64,000 nt of DNA, taken from assembly GCA_030390025.1 (NCBI GenBank), contig CM059433.1, positions 20,772,001-20,836,000 on the forward strand, written 5' to 3'. Origin of the DNA: Squalus acanthias. Its lineage: Eukaryota. Positions 27,991-40,635 of the stretch are shown here, piece by piece. Position 1 is the first letter of the stretch. Each line of letters starts with the position of its first letter. The notes beneath the pieces were generated by a model, which ran no database searches, was not told where the DNA came from, and saw nothing but the letters and a program-made list of their open reading frames with translations. The position numbers were made by a program, and so were the translations under genes.

Positions 27991-30520
27991 AAAATGTTAT
28001 CCCAGCACCAGTGGCAGACGGCCAAACTTCAACATCACCAAGAAGCTGAATGAAAGACAGTGGCACAAAAACATCCAATTGCCCTGGAATTTCTGCTGCA
28101 CAAACACTAAAAAGACAGAACTCGGTGCAGTCTTTCTGTGTTTCAGATAGAAAAGGGATAACATGGAGAATTAGATAATCAATGATTTTACACAGCCACC
28201 TCGAAGGATAGAACTCAATCCAGTCTCACGTATCCCTTTTGATCTTACTGAGCTTTTATATTACTGAACATTGGACGTGGCTCAGTAAAATATGATGGTT
28301 CTTAATGTGCCGAATAAACGATAGCGAGATATGACTGGAACGGGAAATATGCACGCACATGATAATTATGTATGTTAAGTCTTTCTTTCATTGTGAATGA
28401 CACTTTAATACTATTGTCATTCGGGAATCTTGTAGCTTTGTCAGTCAGCCACAGACCTCCCCTGATGATGAGGGACAATCTGTACTTGCCTGTAAAACCG
28501 AAACCACATCACAGGATTGTGCAGGTGGCTGGCGGTTAATCCCACCTCTGGTCAGACCCCAGAAAGGAACCAGCATGCTGTAATTATGTTCACCGCTGAC
28601 AACAATTCTGGGGATTAGAGTGTTGGTTGGTTTATGCTACAAGGTTGCGACGCTTGTACGATTGCCATCAGAGGAAACTCTGCAGAACAAAAAGGGGACA
28701 CCTGGGCTTCAGACTGGGAAATCATAACCTTTCTATTCTAAGGGTGAATGGCTGGGCTTAATTGGTTTAATTTCATCGCAACTCTCTGCCAAGTGCAGCA
28801 TCAAAATTCGAACCACTTTTATTCCACGTCCATTTCCAGCTGTGCTTATTCCTTCCTAATTTCTGAAGGATCTTTTCATCAGTCATTCTTTCACCTTTTC
28901 TAAAGGCAATCAAAACAAAATCATTTCGATCTGTCACTACTGCTGAGTCAAAAATGAATGAGATCCGCCACATTGCGGCTTGCAAAGCTTAGATGTGAAT
29001 AAACTGTTGCACTTAAAGAGCTGATTCAGTGTGACAGTGGGATAGAACGTTGAGGAAGCACTTGAGAACTGTTTGCTGTTATCAGCTTCCCTTTCTACAT
29101 TGTGACACCGAGGGCTGGTCAAGTGAGGGATTCATGTGGCTGAACAGATAAAAAGTGAATTGGTATTACTGCAGCCGAAGAGGGACATCAGCTCCGATTT
29201 TAACATGGGGCGAGAATCGGGCGAGGGTGGGGGGGGTTTCAAGGCAGGTGTCAAATCGTCCTGACCTCTGCAGCGTGAGGCCTGGGTGATTTTAACATCT
29301 GCCTGCCCCCTGGTCAGTCGCCCGGCCGACGCCATGGGCGGGAGCGCAATGTGGGACAACAGGAGGTCAGTGCTGGAGACCAAAGGAACAGTCCCCGGAA
29401 CTCAGGTAAATCTCATGAAAAGGAGGTCTGGGAGGCAGGGGAGGCCTAAACATTGGTGGTGTGGCCCGGAGGAGCACTCCAACAACACCGCCTCACCACT
29501 TTGGGCCTCTTCTGGCCACAGCTCCTCTTCCTGCTCGCTGAGGAAAGCCACGACTGCCTCCCCACTCAAGCCAATGGTTAAAATAGCAGTTGGGCCCCGA
29601 TGACATTATCGCAGCCTGATCTGCATATTTAAAAAAGGACCCTGGCAGTTTCTGACGGGCGTCCTTCCCACCGGCTCAGTAGAGCAGGTTAAAATCGAAG
29701 ACTGCGGGACGAGAGCGGGACGTTGCTGTTGGCAAGTAAAATATATGGAAAATTAGAAAAACTACTTTATGTGCTGCACTTACAAGACTGATTCAGTTTA
29801 GCCACATCAACATCTTGAAGGTTTTAGTTCTGCAAGGTGCAATAATTTTGTAATCATTTCCACGAAATCAGTTAGCAGTGGTATGTGGCATGAAGGGGAC
29901 ATGGTGAGAAAAGTAAAGAAAACAATGAATGGTGTAAGTTTCAAGACTTTTAAGAATAGTGTGCATTTCTTCCATTCCTTTGATCTTTTGTTTTGCCTTT
30001 ATTTGTCAATTGTTTTGGAGGGAGGCTCGTTTTTTGCTCGTGCAACATAAACTTCAGAGTCACGGTATTATCTGAATCCTTTGTTTCATTTCCAATCTTG
30101 TACCTCATTCCTCGGTATCCATTATTTTAAATGTAATGTTGAATGGTCTGATCACCAAAGCCTGTAGTCGACTCTGAAGCTTTACGCTATAAAGCACCTG
30201 GATTTTCCACGGATTGGACAAAACCTTTCGAGTCAATCATGCAACCTAAATGATACCGATTTCTGTTCAAGCTAACAGTCATTACGGAGACCAGGGATAG
30301 GCTAAAAGCACTACCTAATGCGGACCTGAGCCCTACAGATCGGTGACTGAGTCTGTAACGTTCCAATCTGCTGCACACATGCACATTCCAAGGAGGCTTG
30401 ATACTTGTGTGCACGTGTTTGCAGAATAAACCTTTCCTTAGCGCACATTGTGTGACTCGGGAAGAGAGAGTAAACATAGACAAAACATAAAATAAACAAG
30501 ATCCAGTTGTGCTAGGTAAT

Positions 30521-31245
30521 GGCCCTGAAATTCGCCTCTCCGCGCCTGCCGTTGACCTCTGGGCCCATGGGAATTTCAGCTCCTGGGCCTGCTCCAAGTG
30601 CCGGCGCGCAGTGCTTGCGTGTCCCAGGGGCGTAGTTAGTGCGATGCGTTCCCTGGGATCACGTGGGCCATGGAGAGCCAATGGCAGCAGACCATCTTTC
30701 ATTCATAGATTTGACAGGAAGACCTGTCAAATCTATGAATTGAAATCGGCCCCAAAAGAACAGCTAAACTTCAAATACATTTTTTAAAAAACCATCACAT
30801 TTATAAAATAACTATAAGTTAAATAAATTAACTACTTTAAACAAAAATTTAAATTTTTGAAAAAATTAAAATACTTTTTAACAGTGCTAAAAATAAACTT
30901 ACCTTTCTTTAAAGTATCTAAAAAAGATAAACCTGTTGAAAATTTTTTTAAATTATAATTAATTAACCACATACCTTGTTGAAAACGGGTCCTGTGCCTC
31001 CTTTTTAAAAGCGCAGGTTCTTCAATACTTACCCTCCCGGAGAAACCTGAAAAAAAACCCTAAGTTTGCTGCGTGCGCGCAGCCTCTACCGCGCACGCGG
31101 TTCACCTATGAACCGCCCCCTTCACCAGACCGGAAGTTCCGGTTTCCCGCGCATGCGCAGTGCATGCAGGAAACCGGCACTTCAGGAGGCCTTGCGGGTG
31201 AGTACACAGTGCGTACTCACCCGGCAAGTGCCGAAGTTTTGGCCG
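30521..31245. mobile_element. Harbinger-type MITE
   Basis: TIRs GGCCCTGAAATT and AAGTTTTGGCCG; AAT on both flanks; 18-bp-stem hairpin at 30701-30740. Confidence 0.75.
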
Positions 31246-31960
31246 AATATATTTATTCCTCACCACCCCCACACACGCGTACACATGCACGCACATCCAC
31301 ACACACACAGTACATACACTCTCGTCTCTCCAATCTTCAGCCCATCCTCTCCTAAAAGTACTGACTCATGCTGCGGTACAATTTCACCAGAACCTCACTC
31401 AGGTGGGCATTCTTCGAGCGTGAGTCTAGATAATGAAGGTCAGTAGGCTATTGAACTGCGGGACTTCGCAGCTGAGCACAAACCTGTCCTCACCTGGCCA
31501 CCACACCAACAGGCTTTTCCAGCAGAATTCAAAGGTTAACAATCAGGGGCAGGAATAATGGCTGAATTTTCACCTCCCTAACCCACTGTCACCGCAACTT
31601 TTTTATGCATAGCTTTCTTACTGCTATCCATTTCTTTTTAAAATTCTGCGATTGTACAGACAACTCCTTTGGCACTCCAGTGCAGTTCAGATTTATTTCA
31701 GGATTTCAGGGTTGGAGTGTCAGCTGTGGCTCAGTGGGTAGCACACTTGCCTTTGAGTCAGAAGGTTGTGGGTTCTAAGTCCCACTCCAGGGACTTGAGC
31801 ACATAAATCTAGGCTGACACTCCAGAGCAGTGCTGAGGGAGTGCTGCACTGTCGGAGGTGCCGTCTTTCGGATGAGATGTTAAACCGAGGCCCCGTCTGC
31901 CCTCTCAGGTGGACGTAAAAGATCCCATGACACTATTTCCAAGAAGAGCAGGGGAGTTAT

Positions 31961-34499
31961 AAGAACATAAGAACATAAGAAATAGGAGCAGGAGTAGGCC
32001 AATCGGCCCCTCGAGCCTGCTCCGCCATTCAATAAGATCATGGCTGATCTGATCCTAACCGCCAATCTACTATCTATCACAGAACCATCTCCTGCATCTA
32101 ACAGAATTGCACACACGAAATAGGAGCAGAATCAGGCTACACAGTCCCTGGGCCCGCTCCACTACCCACAGGGCCATGACTGATCCGAACCTAGACTCAT
32201 GTCCAAATTCCTGCCCGCTCCCCGTAACCCTTAATGCCCTTTACTTCTAGGAAACTGTCTATTTCTGTTTTAAATTTAATTAATGTTGTAGCTTCTACAG
32301 CTTTTTGTGGCAGCATATTCCATGGACCTACCACCCTCTGAGTGAAGTAGTTCCTCCTCATCTCAGTTTTGAAAGAGCAGCCCCTTATTCTAAGACTATG
32401 TCCCCTAGTTCTCGTCTCACCCGTCATCGGGAACATCCTCCCCGCATCCACCCGATCCAACCCCTTCACAATCTTATATGTTTCAATAAGATCGCCTCTC
32501 ATTCTTCTGAACTCCAATGAGTAGAGTCCCAATCTACCCAACCTCTCCTCATATGACCACCCCCTCATCCCCGGGATTAACCGAGTGAACCTTTTTTGCA
32601 CTGCCTCGAGAGCAAGGATGTCTTTCCTTAAGTAAGGACACCAAAACTGTATGCAGTATTCCAGGTGCGGTCTCACCAATACCTTGTACAACTGAAGCAA
32701 TACCTCCCTATTTTTATATTCTATCCCCCTAGCAATGAAAGCCAACATTCCATTTGCCTTCTTAATCACTTTCTGCACCTGCATACTAACCTTTTGGGGG
32801 AAAAATTCAGCTGCTTGCGCCTCCCGTTAGCGCCTTAAATGGGCGCTAATGGGGCGTAAAGCAGCTAACGCCCGGGCGCAGCGCCGCCCACGCCTCCCGA
32901 AAAATTTAGTGGGAGGTTAGCGGCGGCGGCAGCCGGTAGCGCCCTGTGGCGCTGCGCCGCCGGCGATGACGTCATCGCCGTGCGCAGCGCCCCGCTCGCG
33001 CCCCGGCCGTGATCTTCAGTCGCGCCCCCTGATTTACCGCCAGACGCTATGTCCGACGGGTTCAGGGGGGCGTACGTGCGGCCGGGGCGGCGATATTTAA
33101 AGGGGAGGTGGCAGGCGGCCATTTTTGTTGCTGGCCGCCTGCCAGCACCTGCCCCCGTTGCTGTCCCCGGCCCCCGTGAAGCCCCCCCACCGTGAAGTGC
33201 CGGCTGCGCTCCAAGAGCCCGGCACTTCTCTTGAGTGCCGGGCTCTTTTGCCGGCACTCCCGATCCCTGGGAGCCCAGCTGGGCCCCGGTTCGCGCTGCG
33301 CAAGGCCCCTCCCCTTTAAGAAGGGGAGGAAGGCCTGCAATACCGCGGCGCGACGTGCCGCAGCGCGTGGCGCTGCGGCACGTAGCGCCAGGATATTCAC
33401 TCGCAGCGCCCCAAGAGGGATGCGGGGTGCTTCCAGTTGCGCCCCGCTTCCCTCTTGGGGCGCAACCACTGAAGTTCCGGCGCGGGGCCGCTAATTTTTT
33501 CGGGGCGCTAAAAGTCGCGCCCCGGCGAGGTTAGCGCCCCAAATGGAGCAATACTGAATTTTTAGCCCCATGAGTTTCGTGCACCAGGACCCCCAGATCC
33601 CTTTGCACTTCAGTACTCTCCAGTTTCTTGCCATTAAGATAATAAATTGCTCTAGGATTTTTCCTGCCAAAGTGCATCACCTCACACTTTCCAGTGTTGT
33701 ATTCCATCTGCCAAATCTCTGCCCACTTACTTAGCCTGTCTATGTCCCCTTGCAGGTTTTTTATGTCCTCCTCACTCACTACTTTCCCTCCCATCTTTGT
33801 ATCATCTGCAAATTTTGATATGTTACACTTGGTCCCTTCCTCCAAATCGTTAATATAGATTGTGAAGAGTTGGGGACCCAGCACTGACCCCTGTGGAACA
33901 CCACTAGTTACTGATTGCCAGTCTGAGAATGAACCATTTATCCCAACTCTTTGCTTTCTGTTAGATAGCCAATCCTCTATCCATGCCAGAATATTACCCC
34001 CAATCCCATGATTTTTTACCTTAAGCAATAATCTTTTGTGTGGCACCTTGTCAAATGCCTTTTTGAAGTCTAAATACACTACGTCCACTGGTTCCCCTTT
34101 ATCCACTCTATATGTTACTTCCTCAAAGAACTCCAGCAAATTTGTCAAACATGACTTCCCCTTCGTAAAACCATGCTGACTTTGTCCTATTAAATTATGA
34201 TTATCCAAATGTCCTGTTACTGTTTCCTTAATAATGGACTCCAAAATTTTACCTACCACAGATGTTAGGCTAACCGGTCTATAGTTACCAGCCTTCTGTC
34301 TACTGCCCTTTTTAAATAAGGGTGTTACATTAGCAGTTTTCCAGTCTGCCGGGACCTTAGCGGAATCCAGGGAGTTTTGAAAAATTATTACCAATGCATC
34401 TACAATCCCTACCGCCACTTCCTTCAAGACTCTAGGATGTAAGCCATCAGGTCCAGGTGATTTATCCGCCTTGAGTCCCATTATTTTACCGTTATTACC
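31961..34499 (-). mobile_element. Young 5'-truncated CR1 (RT domain), interrupted by MITE copy 2
   Basis: ORFs 33531..34655 and 32197..32784 rejoin in frame as VHETQKVSMQ when the MITE plus 3 nt is removed. Confidence 0.93.
32796..33568 (+). mobile_element. Young GC/CpG-rich Harbinger-type MITE, copy 2 (773 bp)
   Basis: Colinear with copy 1 plus a 12-bp indel; TIRs GGGGGAAAAATT and AATTTTTAGCCC; flanks TTT/CAT. Confidence 0.9.
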
Positions 34500-35094
34500 A
34501 TTATTATCCCTGGTGTCCTGGCCAATATTTATCCCTCTACCAACATAACAAAAAAAACAGATTATCTGGTCATTATCACATTGCTGTTTGTGAGACCTTG
34601 CTGTGCACAAATTGGCTGCTGCATTTCCCACATTACAACAGTGACTACACTTCAAAAGTACTTCATTGACTGTAAAGCTCTTTGAGACGTCCGGTGGTTG
34701 TGAAAGGCGCTATATAAATGCAAGTCTCTCTTTCTTTCTTTCAATCAGAAAACAATCAAAGTATCATTGTTACTGATGAGTGGCTCATGCTGTGTATAAC
34801 GTAAGAGAAATGCACCAAAATCTTTCTGTGATAAATTACATAAAGGAAGCATCTTGGCATTGCTCTGAAGTGTTGACTAAACCATCACTACCAAAGATAA
34901 TTTGAAGCCCTCAGACTGGGCAAGCACGACTCAATAGGATTGACTGTCACTTCTTTTGGCTCAAACGTGTAATCCATTTTAATATATGTCACTCGTAAAA
35001 TATACATAGCCTCATAAATTTCGCAAATGTCCTTGCTGACATTTCTCTTAGCTCTGGGTGTGATTATTAGGGATTACGGAGGGTTTGCTTGGAA

Positions 35095-35310
35095 TATAAA
35101 CAGGAAACGCTGGAAATACACAACAGGACAGTCAGCATCTGCAAAGAGAAACAAACACGTTATAACCTTTTGGGTGTGTGCCCGTTATCAGTTCTGTTGA
35201 AGGGCACAGACCTGAATTGTCATGATCTCTTTCGCTCCTTTACAGATGCTGACCGAGCTGCTTTGTAATTCCGGTATTTTCTGTTGTTGTTTCAGAATTC
35301 CAGTATCTGC
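35095..35310. mobile_element. Inverted pair of Penelope-like terminal-repeat fragments
   Basis: Arms tcagcatctgcaaagag (~35132) and ctcctttacagatgctga (~35235); degenerate hammerhead-like cores near the centre. Confidence 0.6.
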
Positions 35311-35419
35311 AGTTTTCCTTTGTTATTTTACTGTGGAAGGTTTGCCACTTTGGTGTGAGCCTGTGCTTCTGGTACGTTGCTGACAAGCAATTCTCACCTA
35401 CAATTTGCTCAATGACAAC

Positions 35420-35912
35420 AATAAAAAGAAAGAAAGAACTTGGGCTCATATAGCACCTTTCGAGACCTCATGACGTCCCAACGCTCTTTACAGCCAATTA
35501 AGTACTTTTTGAAGTGTAGTCACTGTTATAACGTAGGAAACGCGGCAGCCAATTTGCGCACATCAAGGTCCCAAAAACAGCAAGGTGATAATGACCAGAT
35601 AATCTATAAAAGTGTATTGATAATCTGTAAAAAAAAGTGATGCTACTTGAGGGATAAATATTGGCCAGGACACCAGGGAGAATGCCCCTGCTCTTCTTCG
35701 AAATAGTGCCGTGGGATCGTTTATGTCCACTTGAGAGGGTAGACTCCAGTGGTTTAACATCTCATCCGAAATACGGCACCTCTTGCAGTACAGTCCTCCC
35801 TCAGTACAGCACTGGAGTGTCAGCTTAGATTTTGTGCTCAAGTCTCAGGTGTGGGACTATGAACCCACAACTAACACTCAGCGGCGAGAGTGCTATCACT
35901 GTGCCACAGCTT
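35420..35912 (-). mobile_element. Deu-domain SINE, near full length
   Basis: aaagaaagaaagaacttg tail through tgtgccacagcttg head. Confidence 0.82.
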
Positions 35913-37288
35913 GTTGCCTACATGAAAAACCTAGTTTAAAGTTGTCGTGCATATCTCTACTTATGCAGATTACAAATAAGGCGTTCATGCGCATATATTT
36001 GCTGTATCAGTGCCAATTTCAGAGTAGTGGTCTCTGCTGTATCAGTGTGATATTTCCATTTTTAATGGTGTCATACTGGCTTCTCTGTGTGGAGGTGCCA
36101 TTGTGGAGCCAGATCCAATAATTGTGTGCTTTGGACCCTCAGAGCTTGTCGGATACCACCAGTCTGGGCTCGATTCAAACTCTGATCCAAGAGGGGCTCT
36201 CCTGTGGCAGCGTGCAGTATCTAACTAAATGCTGATTTAGAATTAGATAAAACTATTCCTTTGAGAACTGTAGGTACATTCCTATGCCTACGTAGACACT
36301 AAAACAGATTTTTTCCAAAGAAATTAAGAGTTTTTTTGTGCATATGTACATCTTTAAAATGTTTGCTGTATTGCATTCAACACTAGAAATATGGAAAATA
36401 TTTAGTAGCTACGACAAAAAATGTGTGTGCATATTAGAAACTGCAAAGGACATTCATTACTCAAAAGAAGAAAGCACGATGGGAAACAATAGTGACTGCT
36501 GTCAGATGGGCCATTTTTCAATAGCACAAAGATTGTGCTTACTTTTTACCAAGTCGTAAAAATGTTTTTTGTAAAACCAGCACCATAACAGAAGTACTTG
36601 GAAAGTTACATTTAAAATACAATGTAATAAATGCAAAATGTATTTATGAGCACATTCAAATCCCATTTTCCATGTGTTTTTTGTGTGACTTGAGCTGCAT
36701 ATATACAGATTCTGCTTATTTGCAACTCAAAAGCTTATGTAAACAATGAGCTGTGAATGGACTTCAGAGAAGCGCGAGAATCTCCCTGGCCGTGAAATTC
36801 GGCACCTTAGCATCGGCTGATAGAGCCGGTTTTGGAGCAAAAATGGCAGCCGCCTCACTTCTGCCCACTTCCGGTGTGGACCGCGGCGGGTGCCATTTTG
36901 GGCAGGTCGGCAGCGCAGGCAACGGCCGCGCTTGCTGGAAAAATGGAAATAAGTCACATCGTGACGTCAATAGCGTGCAACACTGATTTGACGCATGACC
37001 TGCTGTTTTGGACGTCACCGCTCGATTGCATTCCATCTCTAAAGCACACACAGCTGAATATGTATTCAGCTGCATGACAGACCCCCAACCAGTGCTTCTT
37101 AAAGGGACATTCGCAACTTTCAGGTAAGTTTTGATGTTTGCTTTTGTACTGGTTCCTGTACAGTTTATTTGAGTAGTGGCTGGGTGTAAGACATTTAAAA
37201 CGTTGTTAAAGTGTGTAGGGAGTGCAGGGAGTGCTGCTGGACATTTGCAAGGCTTTGGCTCTTAAAGGAAGGCCTCTGAGAACACCAC

Positions 37289-37521
37289 TTGCTCCCAGTC
37301 CTGGGGGCTTTAGTTGCAGTCCCCCTTGGGCTGCAGAATGACATGGAGATGGAGCAGAGACAGCAAAGGGGACAAGCTGTTTGCAGAGGGAGGAGGAAGA
37401 AGAGGAGGAGGAGGAGGAGGAAGAAGCAGAAGAGGAGGAAGTGGAAGGAAGGAGGCAACTCAGAGAACCCCTTTCTGGCTGGGATATCTGGGATCGAATT
37501 ATCCGCCTGGGGTACCAGTGA
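37289..37521 (+). pseudogene. Putative Harbinger transposase remnant: N-terminus joined to acidic C-terminus, DDE core absent
   Basis: GALVAVPLGLQNDMEMEQRQQRGQAVCRGRR, then in another frame EEEEEEEEEEEEAEEEEVEGRRQLREPLSGWDIWDRIIRLGYQ*; AATAAA at ~37614. Assignment rests on recalled Harbinger termini and context. Confidence 0.5.
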
Positions 37522-38347
37522 ACACAACCCCAATTCCCCTTTCAACATTTGTCCCACACCTTACCTTCCCTCTGTTACTGACCATCACAGTGTCCGCTTA
37601 GCCACGATGCTGAAATAAAAGCCACCACAAAACAAACTTTCCAATCCAACTTTATCCATATATGCATCCAATATTACATCAAAAAATCAGCTAATCACCC
37701 TTGTGCATTCCCTTAGTGAGTGCCTTGTGTGTGCCTTTGCCTATCCTACTGATGTCACGCAGTGCTACCCCAATAGCTGCAGCATGGCTGGTGGAAGGCT
37801 GCTGACTTTCAGTGGGGGACACTGCCGATGGCCTTGCAGGACGACCTCGAGGAGCTGGTGGCTGGGAGTGTGAAATTGAGTGGCGGTGGTTCTTCTTCTT
37901 CTTCACTCTCCTCTCCCTCTTCTTGTTTAACCACTGGCTGGGCAGGCTGGATTTCTTGGGTGTCTGAAATGAAGAAGGCACAAGGGTAGGGTTGTGGTGG
38001 GGGATGGGGTAAAGGAAGAGGTGCATGCTTACACCATGTGCAGCTTGTATTCAGAAGATATTGTGGGATGAGGGGGAAGTGGGATGTGAGAAGGAGGATA
38101 ATGCATGAGGATATCGGCGTCTTGTATTCTTTCAGCCCCACCACTGGCCACGGGCTCAGCCATGCCCTGCCAAGACTGGCCAGCACTGTCTCCTCCAAGG
38201 GATGAGGCGAAGCTAGGAATGTGAGGCGTGCCTCGTGTTTGGTAGAGATTGTTGGTAGGTGAGCGATGAGAGGTTCGTGCATTGAGCAGCATGTGAGGCT
38301 CGTGGTGCAGTTGGTAGGAGACGGCTTTTGAAGATGCATTCACTGAC

Positions 38348-38576
38348 CTTAACCACTCGCCTGAGGTCATGAAACTTCTTTGGGAACTGGAGCCAGGTCC
38401 TGAGGGCAACACTGGCAGTGACTGCCTCGTCGATCTGGTCCCACATCCTTCTTTCTGGAGGGCTTCCTGGCCCCCTGTGGGTAGATGACCTGTCTTTCAG
38501 TGTTCACCCCCTGCACAAAGGCCTTGAGTGCTGCGTCCGACACCCTGGGTTCACTTTAACTGGCTTGTTGAGCCAT
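38348..38576 (-). pseudogene. Harbinger ORF2 Myb/SANT-like (MSANTD/NAIF1-type) DNA-binding exon, disabled
   Basis: MAQQAS*SEPRVSDAALKAFVQGVNTERQVIYPQGARKPS, frameshift, MWDQIDEAVTASVALRTWLQFPKKFHDLRRVVK, then donor gtcagt. Fits the Myb/SANT-like pattern PRFS..L..LV...W..IA..V......RTW.QC.KKF.DL. Confidence 0.75.
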
Positions 38577-39931
38577 TTGGGTTAGTCATTTGAAGGACTT
38601 TTAATATTTTTCATCAGCAGAAGGCAGCTCACCTTTAAGAGGTGCAGACTGCCTTTAAGAGGTGCAGGCTAGCTTTACGTAAAGCTTAAAGATTAAGTAA
38701 AGCTAGCCTCGCGCGAACATCGAGAACTTCGGCCCCCTGCTGAGCCCACAGCCTGTCAGCAGCACGTTCAGCGCTGGGCTGTGCGCTGCAATCATGTAAA
38801 GTCGTAGGCAGTACGAATTTTACATGCTGCCTGAACTCCTTTCAACGGGCGTGGACAGATTGTGCATCACGGTGCCCGCGCCCATTTTTGAGCTTTATCC
38901 ATTTTCACTGCCCCACCCCGTGTTTATGGAGATATCCAGCACTGTTACTTCTTAGTCCTTTCCTTCCATGCTCTGCGGTGAATTACAATACAATAAACTA
39001 GCGTGTACCAGTTACATAAAACAAGATAAACATAGCCCTTTGCGTGGCACGGGTTGTGCGGATATCATTATTATAACATTTATAACAAAGTCTTTTTCAC
39101 CAATTGTATACACTGAAGTTTGTCTAATGCCATAGTTGAATATTTATTTAGCAATCAGTTTAGGAAAATATAGTTACCTTCAGCTCATTTGTTTTCTGTC
39201 CCGAGCTATTACACAGCCTCTACTGTGTATAAATTGTGGTGAATGCGATCATTTATTTTCAGAATATTTGCAATGGTAGAAATTTTTCTTGCATACAACA
39301 GTGCTGGTCACTCCCATAAATGCTCTGAGCATCTTACATTACATACTGTGCCCATACTGCTCAGTGTCTAACTATATGATAACATAAGCCATGGATTTAA
39401 CAAGAGGAACTGCTTGTGATCTTAAATGGATATCCTGTCATTCACATACTCCCTCACATGCGCTTCTTCAGTCATTCCAAAGGCGGACTAAAATACTTGG
39501 TGAGATGAGGCCAGGTACGAATCGTTGATCTACTTTATTTTACAGGCAGCAAGTCGATGTTCTGAGTAACAGATGTAATCGAATCCCACCTTGATTCAAC
39601 TATCTTTTCTTGGGAACAAGAAAAATAATAAAAATAATCTACACTATTCAGATTAGTAGGTCGGGATCCCACTACCCCTATTTTGGTGCTGAGCCTGACC
39701 AGCTCCAGGCTTGAGATGAATGAATTTCCACTCACTAGTCCAGGCTTCCTCCCTCGACCTTGCTGGCTGGCTGACAGACTGCCCACATATTTATTTGTCG
39801 CTATCTCTCTCTGTTACTAACCAGTGGTGAAATTTTGGGTCTGTTAAGGTGTAGAGTACTTTTCTATATGTACTCAGTGTTAGCATTAACATTGTCATTT
39901 CTGACACAATATGGGCTAGTCAAAAGACTAT

Positions 39932-40635
39932 GGGCTGGATTTTCAATGACCCGTGGAGTCGGGTTTGGAGGCGTGTGGGGGGTTAAAGTTGCAGGGTCGG
40001 GGTTCCCGACCCCATCCCGCCTCCACGCAATTTTGACAAAATCGGTCGCGGGGTTCCCGACTCCGTCCCGCCTCCAAGAGGCGGGAGAGGCCATTAAAGC
40101 CCTTAACAAGCTCTAAATTGGCTCTGTAATGCCATTTTGAAACATTTTAGCTAGTTTAACCCTTTTCCGACGTGAAGTACGCCTGATGTGAAACACTGCA
40201 GTGAAACCTGGTGGGAGCACAAGTGGATAGCTGACTATCAGCTGCAGGTCCACTATTAGAATGGAGATGTGATGAAGGTAGTAGTAGTATTATGTATGAA
40301 AGTCGCCTCTGACTGCCTGGGAGGACTTGGTTGGAAAAAAAATTCTCTCTATCTCTCTCTCTCTCTTCTCTATCTCTCTCTCTCATATTTTGCATCCAGG
40401 TCCACTCACAGCAAAAGCCAGGCAGTCTCTGAGACCAACCAGTCAGTCTCTCACCTGCAATGATGACATCATCAGAGGCGACTTTCAGACTCAAACCACT
40501 AATTGGTTCATGGGTTCCCACATTGCCCAATTAAGTGAAAATTGCATCATTCATCCACATTAATCTGCAGTCGGGGGGGCAACACGAAATCTGGGTAACA
40601 CGACCCCAACCCGACCCCAAGACAAAATCCAGCCC
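39932..40635. mobile_element. Harbinger-type MITE
   Basis: Perfect TIRs GGGCTGGATTTT and AAAATCCAGCCC; flanks TAT/TGT. Confidence 0.8.

Larger units (their letters stand above)
31717..34742 (+). mobile_element. Deu-domain SINE split by a CR1 (halves 31717-31960 and ~34500-34742)
   Basis: 5' half ends gagcaggggagttat; 3' half resumes ttatccctggtgtcctggcc and ends gaaaggcgctatataaatgcaagtctctctttctttc. Confidence 0.88.
36788..38912. mobile_element. Internally deleted PIF/Harbinger transposon with remnants of convergent transposase and Myb/SANT genes
   Basis: TIRs GGCCGTGAAATT and ATTTTCACTGCC (10/12), flanks CCT/CCA; coding remnants listed separately. Confidence 0.75.

Noticed and set aside
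31717..31795. tRNA gene
   Set aside because: The A/B boxes belong to a SINE head that continues into the Deu core.
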